Shown here in pieces: positions 43,750 to 51,277 of a DNA stretch of 51,277 nt. The translations under genes and the position numbers were made by a program. The notes under the pieces are model-generated. The model saw only the letters and a program-made list of their open reading frames with translations, had not been told where the DNA came from and did not search any database. The stretch's first letter is position 1; every line of letters begins with the position of its first letter. This DNA comes from Candidatus Zixiibacteriota bacterium (GTDB taxonomy: Bacteria > Zixibacteria > MSB-5A5 > WJJR01): the NCBI GenBank assembly GCA_036170655.1, contig JAVHPP010000040.1, forward strand, positions 1 through 51,277. The letters run 5' to 3'.

Positions 43750-46700
43750 ATGAGTACTCTCAACGAAGTCCAATTTGTCGCAGAGGTCAAATCCTGGGTC
43801 GATGAAATCTGCCGATCCGAGGGCGCATCATTCCCCTTTGCCAAAGCAGAAATCGAAGTCCGCTCCAAAGGCAAGCGGGAGCGACGCGACTTCGTGCTTC
43901 TCAACCATCGTGGTGAGAAGGTCCTGACCGGAGAAGTGAAACTTCCGGACAGATCCGATGGCAGAAATCCCTACGCGGAAGAACTGGTTCTCGATGCCCA
44001 GGAGAAGGCGAACGCCGTCGGAGTTGACTACTTCTTCACTTGGAACGTCAACCGCATGGTTCTGTGGAAGACGTTTGTTGCGGGATTGCCTGTCGCCGAT
44101 CGCTCAATCGATTTCTTCGACTGGGCTTCCGTCCGCGACTCCGATGAACTCTCACGTCCAGAGGTTGTGTCGCTTCTCAAGGGTAAGTGGGTTGAATTCC
44201 TTTCCTACTTCGCTGACATCCACCGGGGCAAGCGTGCCATTCCCCGGTATCCTCTTGACAAGAAATTCGTTCACTACCTCGAAAGCGCGCTGGAAGGCCC
44301 CGCCAATCTCACACGGACAGCTCTGTATCAGATAACCGATCACGACAAGCGTTTCACTGAGAAGATCCGCAAATGGGTATCGTCGAACTTGGGCGGCGAG
44401 TTCGGTGCGGACCAGCGTGATGAATTGCTCGACACCGCCGCGCGTTTCTCCTGTTACGTGCTGGCAATCAAGCTGGTTTTCTACGCGGCTTTGCGCCGGC
44501 GTCACGATCAGCTTCCACCCCTGCGCATACCGCAAAATGGACTGACGGCGCCCGAACTCGATGGAAGACTGACCAAGGCCTTTGAACGCGCCCAGAAGGT
44601 CAGCGGCGACTATGAAACCGTATTTGAAGGCGATGGGTTCGGGGAGAAACTGCCGCTCCTGGTCGACGAAGTCGTCCCCGAATGGCGGAGTCTGATCAGA
44701 CAGGTCGACCTCTACGATTTCGATAAGATCGATTTCCACCTCATTGGGCAGATATTCGAGCGGCTGATTTCACCAGCGGAGCGCCGGCGCAACGGCCAGC
44801 ATTACACCAAGAGCGAGATCGTCGACCTTATCAACTGCTTCTGCATCCAGAAGCCTGAGGATGTTGTCATCGATCCGGCGTGTGGCGGCGGGACCTTTCT
44901 GGTCCGAGCGTACGCCCGTAAGCAGTGGCTCGAAGAACGGGCACAATCCAAACGCACACATGAAGAACGTCTTGCCGAGATTTTCGGCGTCGACATTTCG
45001 ACCTACGCCGCCCATCTGTCCGTGGTGAGTCTCGCGACGCGGGACATGGGGCGTGTTGCCAACTACCCTCGTGTCTCATGCAAGGATTTCTTCGACGTCA
45101 AACGCGGGGCGAAGCTCTTCCCCGCCAGAGTCACAAAAGTGAAGGGCAAGTCCGAGATCGTCAAGGTCGCCCTCGAACGGGTTGACGCCGTTGTCGGCAA
45201 TCCCCCGTATGTGCGCCAGGAAGTACTGACCAGTGACCAGAAGAAAGATTACGCCAACACCTTCAGGAAATCGTGGCCCGATCTGAAACTCTCCGGCCGT
45301 TCGGACCTCCACATTTACTTCTGGCCGCATGCGTCGTCGTTCCTTCCCGAGACAGACAGCCATTTCGGATTCCTGACATCCGCGTCGTGGCTTGATGTCG
45401 AATACGGATTTCCGCTCCAGCGCTGGATACTCCAGCACTTCTGCATTGAAGCAATCATGGAGTCATCCGTCGAGCCGTGGTTCACCGATGCGCGCGTCGC
45501 CACCGCCGTCACGGTCTTGAGACGCGAGCCGGACTTGAAGAAGCGCCAGACCAATCTTGTTCGCTTCGTTCAATTCCGCCGCCCCCTCGAAGACATTCTC
45601 ATGGACGTCGAGCATGGCGCCGATCCCATCGCCGCGTCTGAGGAATTGCGCCGGCGCATCCTCGCCACGAAGAAGAATGTGGAAACGAAGGACTGGCGAA
45701 TACGGGTTGTTTCCCAGCGCGACCTGATCGAGAGTTCCGATAAGAGCAATCCCGGCACCCATTCGGGCGGCAAGTGGGGAATCCATCTGCGCGCCCCGGA
45801 TATCTACTTCGAATTGATGGATCGCTTCGGCGACAAGTTCGTGCCGCTCTCAGAGATTGCCGAGATTCGCAGAGGAATTACATCTGGTTGCGACGCCTTT
45901 TTCTTCCCACGCGATGTCACTGATGAAGTTGTCGAAAAACTGAGCGAAGCTGAACTGAAAAAACGCTACGGCATCACAAAGAAGGACACGAAAAGGATTC
46001 GCATCTGCAAAGCGGGCGATGGATCGGTGCATTTGATTGAGGCGGAGTACCTTGAGCCGGAAGTGCATTCGCTGATGGAAATAGACTCGATTACGATTGA
46101 TACGCTCGCTCTCAGCCGAGTGGCGTTCATCGTGAATGACTCAAAGTCCAAGCTTCGGGACACGCGCGCTTTGAAGTACATCCGATGGGGAGAAAAGCAG
46201 AAGTTTCATCTCAGAGATACTTGCGCCGCCCGAGAAACGGAAGCCAGGAATTGGTACCAGATTGAACCGGAGACCCGATCCTTTGGGATATTGCCAAAGA
46301 TACAGCAATACCGTCACATTGTTCCGCTCAACGAGAATGGCTTGTTAGTGAATTGTTCTTTGCTCGAACTGTGTTCTGCCAAGACGGACAACCATGTGCT
46401 GGTTGCGGTTCTCAACAGCTCGATTGTGGGCCTATTCAAGTGGTCATACGGCCGGGGCCTCGGGCGAGAGGCGAATCTTCAGCTCGACGTCTATTCTGCC
46501 CAGATGATGCCGATTCCCGACGCCTCAAAGTTCACGTCAGATTCGCTGGAGAAGATTGCGGCTGCATTTGAGAAGATGAGAAAGTCCCGACGCGTAAACC
46601 TGGCGGATGAGATTACTTGGGAAGAACGCCGGGTGCTGGATTCGGCAATCTTGTTGGCGGTGGGCGTTCCTCCGGCAGAAATGACACGTTTGCAAGAAGG

Positions 46701-46863
46701 TCTGTATGGCGCAATTGTCGCGCTGCATTCGGAGATGCGAGACCTTGAATTGAAAGCCCAAAAGAACCGCCTCAAATCCGCCCGGAACGGCGAGAGCCCG
46801 GCTGACGCCGCGTCCAGCGACGAGTGGAAGATTTCCGATGATTCCGAGAGTGATGACCAATAG
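43750..46863 (+). CDS. Type IIG/IIL (MmeI/Eco57I-like) fused restriction endonuclease and N6-adenine DNA methyltransferase
   Basis: The N-terminal PD-(D/E)xK-like motif is RRDFVLL..X..TGEVKLP. The gamma-class MTase motif I is VIDPACGGGTFLV (nt ~44864) and motif IV is VVGNPPYVRQE (nt ~45190). A long C-terminal TRD-like region and an acidic tail follow. Confidence 0.8.
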   Translation: MSTLNEVQFVAEVKSWVDEICRSEGASFPFAKAEIEVRSKGKRERRDFVLLNHRGEKVLTGEVKLPDRSDGRNPYAEELVLDAQEKANAVGVDYFFTWNVNRMVLWKTFVAGLPVADRSIDFFDWASVRDSDELSRPEVVSLLKGKWVEFLSYFADIHRGKRAIPRYPLDKKFVHYLESALEGPANLTRTALYQITDHDKRFTEKIRKWVSSNLGGEFGADQRDELLDTAARFSCYVLAIKLVFYAALRRRHDQLPPLRIPQNGLTAPELDGRLTKAFERAQKVSGDYETVFEGDGFGEKLPLLVDEVVPEWRSLIRQVDLYDFDKIDFHLIGQIFERLISPAERRRNGQHYTKSEIVDLINCFCIQKPEDVVIDPACGGGTFLVRAYARKQWLEERAQSKRTHEERLAEIFGVDISTYAAHLSVVSLATRDMGRVANYPRVSCKDFFDVKRGAKLFPARVTKVKGKSEIVKVALERVDAVVGNPPYVRQEVLTSDQKKDYANTFRKSWPDLKLSGRSDLHIYFWPHASSFLPETDSHFGFLTSASWLDVEYGFPLQRWILQHFCIEAIMESSVEPWFTDARVATAVTVLRREPDLKKRQTNLVRFVQFRRPLEDILMDVEHGADPIAASEELRRRILATKKNVETKDWRIRVVSQRDLIESSDKSNPGTHSGGKWGIHLRAPDIYFELMDRFGDKFVPLSEIAEIRRGITSGCDAFFFPRDVTDEVVEKLSEAELKKRYGITKKDTKRIRICKAGDGSVHLIEAEYLEPEVHSLMEIDSITIDTLALSRVAFIVNDSKSKLRDTRALKYIRWGEKQKFHLRDTCAARETEARNWYQIEPETRSFGILPKIQQYRHIVPLNENGLLVNCSLLELCSAKTDNHVLVAVLNSSIVGLFKWSYGRGLGREANLQLDVYSAQMMPIPDASKFTSDSLEKIAAAFEKMRKSRRVNLADEITWEERRVLDSAILLAVGVPPAEMTRLQEGLYGAIVALHSEMRDLELKAQKNRLKSARNGESPADAASSDEWKISDDSESDDQ

Positions 46864-46876
46864 ATTGTTCTGACGG

Positions 46877-47371
46877 ATGGCCGGAGCCGCGTCGATGAAA
46901 TCCTACGATCTGCCAGAAGGCAAAGTGATCTATCGGCACGACCTGATCGAGCAAAACACGGTCATCGTCGGGGATCAGAAGTTTGCCTTCACGAACGAAG
47001 CCGAAGCCAAGCTACTCTACGAGGCCGTGACTTTCTTCGGGCCGGGGCAGTTCATTCTGCCGGATAACGAGGCAGATGCGCAGCAGGCCCTTGAGGATTG
47101 GAAGGCACACAAAGAAGAAGTGGGGAAATGGTTCCGGAAACGCTCAGAGAAGCGCTCGATCCACGAGGATTACATCGAGAAGATGATCAAGTCCTTCTGG
47201 GACATCTACCGCAACTACCGCCGCGGCCTCCGCGAGGCCCCTGCTTCCCGCAAGTCGCCCGTCCACAAAGTTCAAGTGGCCCCATCAACCGACGGCGAAC
47301 CCGTCCCCATCGTTTTCGGCCCAATCCCTCGCGGCGAGAGCGTTCCCCGCGAACTGTCGACGGCGTCATGA
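46877..47371 (+). CDS. Hypothetical protein downstream of the R-M gene
   Basis: This 164-aa ORF starts 14 nt after the R-M stop, and no motif was recognised. An alternative start at ATG 46895 has a GGAG upstream. Confidence 0.45.
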   Translation: MAGAASMKSYDLPEGKVIYRHDLIEQNTVIVGDQKFAFTNEAEAKLLYEAVTFFGPGQFILPDNEADAQQALEDWKAHKEEVGKWFRKRSEKRSIHEDYIEKMIKSFWDIYRNYRRGLREAPASRKSPVHKVQVAPSTDGEPVPIVFGPIPRGESVPRELSTAS

Positions 47372-47423
47372 CGCGCGAAGCAGATTGCGAGAGGGACCGC
47401 GTCAGCCCGATCCTGAGCCGACC

Positions 47424-49922
47424 TCAGAACACCTTGTCCGGTTGCTCCAGCAGTTTCTGGAAACGCGGGTGCTGCCGCAGGAGATCAAAGCGGGGGTCGA
47501 GTTTCAAGACCGAGGCTGAGAACAACGAAGGGATCGAGAGCAGGTACTCGATGTCGTTCAGCGCGGCCTCATGGTCACCCACGTTAGCATAGACGATGGA
47601 CCGCATTTCAATCGGAATTGAACCCATCAGAGCGTCTTTCGAAATCGGGACGAGCGAGATGGCTTCCTGCACCTCTCGGATCGCGTCATCCCGATGGCCG
47701 AGACAGGCGTGAACCAAACCGAGTGACTGACGAATCCGGGGGTCCTCAGGCCGGTCTGCCGCTGCCAGTGACAGTTCGCGTAGGGCGGTCTCGTAGAATG
47801 ATCGGGCTTCATCGGTGTTTCCCAGCAAATTATGAATCTCTCCCAAGAACTGGGACTTGGTCCAGTACCACAACTGGTCCTCATAATGCTCCTGCGGAAG
47901 TGAGGAGACGTGGCGGAGTGCGGCTGGGTAGTCACGCGCGTACAAGAGCTGATGGAACCAATTGTCGAATGTCTCGAGAGGTTCGGAGGTGGTGATTTGC
48001 TCCAGGGCCGCTCTGGCCCTCCCCAGATCGGCCCGCCATATCGTATACAGGATGGATTTCCAGGAGAAGGCGTTGACCTGATCCGGCGCCAGCGAGATGG
48101 ACCGGTCCAGGTACTTTTCCGCCTCATCGTACCGCCGCATGATCAGCGCCGTGATCCCTGTCTCCATGGCAAACGATGCGCAGAGGGGGTCAAGCTGGAG
48201 GACATTCCTTGCTCTGTCGAGGGCTTCGTTAAAGCGTCCCTGGCGCCTATGGATCATCGCTGTCATGAACAGGGAAAGAACCTGATTGGGCTGCAATTGG
48301 AGGACTTTGGTGAATTCGTCCAACGCGCGATCCAGATCAGAACAGCACCGATAATGATGGAATCCCAGCGCCAGATGAGTGTAGGGATCGCTGGGTTTGA
48401 GCGCTACAGCCCGATCAACCGATGCCGCTGATTTCGCGCGCCGCTCGTCGGTGCGATCGTATCCATAGAAGTACATTCCAGAGTGTGCAATGGCCAGATA
48501 GGCGTGAGCCTGAGCGAAACCGCCATCGAGCTGGCAGGCTCTCCCGAACATTTGAATTGCCAGGCGGTGGTTCTCTAAGTTGTAGTCAGGTCTTCCGGTG
48601 TATTCGAGCCCGCGAAGATACGCATTGTAAGCATCCATGTTCTCGGTTGGCTTGGCTTCCATGGCCCGCCGTTCCGGCTCACCCAGTGCCACATTGAGTT
48701 GGGCCGTGACCTTCTCGGCGATCTCAGATTGGACCTCGAAAATATCCTCGATGACCCGGTCGTAGCGCTCCGACCAGAGATGCGTATCATCGCGCACCTG
48801 GATCAATTGTGGCGTGATGCGCACCCGGCTTGCGCTCTGCGGGCTGCGGCTCCAGCGGACGGTGCCTTCGAGAACGAAATCGACGCTCAGATCGGCGCTG
48901 ATCTCCCGGATCGACTTGCGTGTGCCCTTGTACTGCATCACGCTGGTCCGCGAGATAACGCCCAGCCCGGCTACGCTCGCCAAACGGCTGATGATCTCTT
49001 CGGTCATTCCATCCGCGAAGTATTCGTCCTCCGCTGGTCCAAGATTCTCAAACGGGAGGACGGCAAGCATCTTCTTTCGAGGGGCAATGGCAGCGGCCAC
49101 GCCTGGGGCGCTGTCGTGCCGGGCATGACGCAGATCGACGATCAAGTCTCCCGCCGATTGGTATCGCTCCTGTGGCTTCTTGGCCAGGCATTTGGCAACG
49201 ATCCGCTGGAGATCATCGGGCACGCCTGCCCGGTAGCGCGCCAGCGGCTGCGGCTCCTCGTTGACCAATGAGTAGGCGATCGCCGCGACGTGCTCTCCCG
49301 GAAAGGGGAGGCGCCCGGCGATCATTTCGTAAAGAACAGTCCCGAATGAGAACAGATCCGAGCGGTGATCCGCCTGGCTGCCCTGGGTTTGTTCTGGAGA
49401 CATGTATGCCGCAGTACCCGGCGTTGATCCCGTCGCCGTGAGGTTTGGGGCGTCCTGAAGCTTGGCCAGGCCGAAGTCGAGTATCTTGGCATGGCCGTCC
49501 GTATCGATCAAGACGTTCGCCGGTTTCAGGTCCCGATGAACGATGCCCGCCCGATGCGCCCGTTCCAGTCCCTCGGCGATCTGGATGGCGATGCCCAGGA
49601 TTTCTTCAAATGGCCGGGACTCCGCTTCGATAAACTCGGCGAGAGTCATGCCTTGGAGAAACTCCATCACAATGAAATCCCGGCCATTGCATTCCTCAAC
49701 GGCATGGACAGTCATGATGTTGGGATGGTTCAACTTCGAGGCGGCTCTGGCCTCCCGTAGCAGACGTTCACGAGACTCGGGGTCCTGCGACAGACTCTCG
49801 GGGAGGAACTTCAGCGCGACCTGGCGCTCCAGCTTGGTGTCGGTGGCCAGGTAGACTTCACCCATGCCGCCCGCACCGAGTTTTCCGGTGATCTCGTAGT
49901 GTAGTATTCTGTCACCGATCAA
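47424..49922 (-). CDS. Ser/Thr protein kinase with a central TolB-N-like domain and C-terminal TPR repeats
   Basis: The Hanks kinase motifs are GAGGMGEVY, VALK, HRDLKPANVL, DFGLA and SPEQ. They are followed by LAVLPFENLG..FADGMTEEIISRL and about 400 aa of TPR-like repeats. Confidence 0.9.
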   Translation of the reverse strand: MIGDRILHYEITGKLGAGGMGEVYLATDTKLERQVALKFLPESLSQDPESRERLLREARAASKLNHPNIMTVHAVEECNGRDFIVMEFLQGMTLAEFIEAESRPFEEILGIAIQIAEGLERAHRAGIVHRDLKPANVLIDTDGHAKILDFGLAKLQDAPNLTATGSTPGTAAYMSPEQTQGSQADHRSDLFSFGTVLYEMIAGRLPFPGEHVAAIAYSLVNEEPQPLARYRAGVPDDLQRIVAKCLAKKPQERYQSAGDLIVDLRHARHDSAPGVAAAIAPRKKMLAVLPFENLGPAEDEYFADGMTEEIISRLASVAGLGVISRTSVMQYKGTRKSIREISADLSVDFVLEGTVRWSRSPQSASRVRITPQLIQVRDDTHLWSERYDRVIEDIFEVQSEIAEKVTAQLNVALGEPERRAMEAKPTENMDAYNAYLRGLEYTGRPDYNLENHRLAIQMFGRACQLDGGFAQAHAYLAIAHSGMYFYGYDRTDERRAKSAASVDRAVALKPSDPYTHLALGFHHYRCCSDLDRALDEFTKVLQLQPNQVLSLFMTAMIHRRQGRFNEALDRARNVLQLDPLCASFAMETGITALIMRRYDEAEKYLDRSISLAPDQVNAFSWKSILYTIWRADLGRARAALEQITTSEPLETFDNWFHQLLYARDYPAALRHVSSLPQEHYEDQLWYWTKSQFLGEIHNLLGNTDEARSFYETALRELSLAAADRPEDPRIRQSLGLVHACLGHRDDAIREVQEAISLVPISKDALMGSIPIEMRSIVYANVGDHEAALNDIEYLLSIPSLFSASVLKLDPRFDLLRQHPRFQKLLEQPDKVF

Positions 49923-50078
49923 TGGGTATCCTCGTATTCTCAGAATGTTCTACAAACCAAAGTACAAATGGGAGAGCGGCGAATCTACAAACGTTTCACC
50001 CGGAGAGCCGGCTGGAGAACTGAGCCACGGCCGGTCGCTGAATGGAGAGCTACGGGTTCAGCGTGGCTGAACAGTGCG

Positions 50079-51277
50079 TCAGGCACCCAACCGCGCGAGC
50101 CGCGCGCGGGCGTCGTCGACCTCTTTGATCCCCGGGTCGGCGTCTTTCCAGATTTGGAGGAACGTCTTGTACTGCAGCGCTGCTTTGTCTTTCCAGCCCG
50201 ATTGCTCGTAAGCGAGTCCCAGGAGGTAACGGGTCATCGCGCTCCTGTAGGGGTTGCTTGCCTGCGTGTCGTCGTACCGAGACAGAGCATCCTCAAACGT
50301 AGCGACGGCCTTATCCAGGGCTCCCTTCTTCAAGTAGGCCTGCCCCAATAGATAACTGTTTGAGAAGTCGTGAAACGACGCCGGCACGCGTCCCAGGCTG
50401 GCGATGGCGTCATCGAACCTGCCTTCAGCGAAAGCGATGGATGCGGTCGAATACCAGTATACGCGCATCATGCTGCTGTCTTTCTTCTCGACATCGCGAC
50501 GCAGCGCTTCGGCGACGTCACGCGCCTTCGCGAGGTCGTTGTTCTGGACGAGAAGTTCAACCTGCCAGCCACGGTTGTTCACGATGTCATCCGGAAACAT
50601 CTTGCGGGAGATCGGTTGTCGCTTCTCGAGGACGGCCAGCGCCTCATTGAAATGACCCTGCGCCTGCAGGATGGCGGCCACACGTTCGTGCTTCACGACG
50701 TTCCAGAATCCGTCATACTGTTCGAGGCGGTCAGCACTGATTCCATCATTGAGAACTTCCAGCGCTCGTAAGAACTGTCCCTGGTATTCCAGGATCAGAC
50801 ATAAGTAGAATCGCCCCTGGGAGCGGATATCCCGATCCGTGTTTCCGGCCATTGCCTGGAAGACACTGTCTGCGCGCGTGTAATCGCCTTTGAACACATA
50901 CATGGTCCCCAGCTTTGCGTTCGACAGAAAATCTGATTTGAGCTGCAACGCCTTCCGATATGAATCTATTGCTTCATCGAGCTTGCCATTGTAAGCGTAC
51001 AGGTCGGCCCGGCTGTCGTACGGGTTGGCCTCTGTCGGCGCGAGGGCGATGTACTGATTGATGGCCCAGAGTGATTTCTCGAAGTTGCCGATCCGGTTGT
51101 ACATGTAGGCCAGCGAATTGTAGGTGAGCTTGTACATGGGGTCAATCGCGATAGCCTTCTCCCATTGGGCGATGGCCTGCTCTGGTTGTTCCATGCGCGC
51201 ATAGGTGTCGCCCATGAAGGCGAACGCATCCTTCTCGCTGGGATAGCGGGCAACAATCTGCTTGAGTACTTCAATTG
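50079..51277 (-). CDS. TPR-repeat protein (5' end outside the window)
   Basis: The frame stays open upstream of Met 51215 to the window edge (IEVLKQIVARYPSEKDAFAF). 34-aa TPR periodicity is seen throughout (A...Y..AL...P....A...L). Confidence 0.8.
   Translation of the reverse strand, partial: IEVLKQIVARYPSEKDAFAFMGDTYARMEQPEQAIAQWEKAIAIDPMYKLTYNSLAYMYNRIGNFEKSLWAINQYIALAPTEANPYDSRADLYAYNGKLDEAIDSYRKALQLKSDFLSNAKLGTMYVFKGDYTRADSVFQAMAGNTDRDIRSQGRFYLCLILEYQGQFLRALEVLNDGISADRLEQYDGFWNVVKHERVAAILQAQGHFNEALAVLEKRQPISRKMFPDDIVNNRGWQVELLVQNNDLAKARDVAEALRRDVEKKDSSMMRVYWYSTASIAFAEGRFDDAIASLGRVPASFHDFSNSYLLGQAYLKKGALDKAVATFEDALSRYDDTQASNPYRSAMTRYLLGLAYEQSGWKDKAALQYKTFLQIWKDADPGIKEVDDARARLARLGA

Noticed and set aside
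43750-46863. BREX PglX or type I R-M HsdM interpretation of the methyltransferase
   Set aside because: No brxA/B/C, pglZ, brxL, hsdS or hsdR genes are adjacent. The N-terminal nuclease-like head and single-chain architecture fit type IIG/IIL better.

Overview
The window is a GC-rich bacterial chromosomal segment that is almost fully coding. The T9SS-type cargo and PorV-like barrel hint at an uncultivated FCB-group-like lineage, but this is inference only. All family calls below come from motifs read in the translations, since no searches could be run.

Contents, left to right:
- The 3' 7.9 kb of a giant vWA-containing surface protein with a FlgD-Ig/T9SS-type tail, followed by a PorV/PorQ-like barrel.
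- A class-V aminotransferase, then an EPS-type block of DUF3473 deacetylase, methyltransferase and GT-C transferase.
- moeB(rhodanese)-moaD-moaE.
- A long minus-strand string: three DsrE/F/H-fold genes, selD, DUF1015, a ChlI-like AAA+ ATPase and a VWA protein.
- A SET-domain protein, then a MarR regulator with cytochrome P460, then P5C dehydrogenase.
- A GT-C membrane protein and a duplicated-domain lipoprotein.
- A REP-associated tyrosine transposase (RAYT) with flanking REPs, then gyrA and mscL.
- An AsnRS-like stand-alone catalytic core.
- arsM with a Cys-pair AbrB-like regulator.
- Several secreted hypotheticals, including a DUF2953/GerW pair.
- A visibly AT-richer type IIG restriction-modification gene, a Ser/Thr kinase-TPR protein and a partial TPR protein.

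Main hidden signals:
- selD is a selenoprotein. Its N-terminus is cut off in the ORF track by an in-frame TGA, and it sits directly behind the DsrEFH-like trio. This is my best candidate for an undescribed selenium/sulfur relay module.
- arsM is split by a 1-nt shift in a G7 run.
- One REP family sharing a GTGTTGAAAAACC core occurs at three loci and around the RAYT.
- There are two long perfect inverted repeats, with 30-bp and 25-bp arms.

No rRNA, tRNA or CRISPR array was found.
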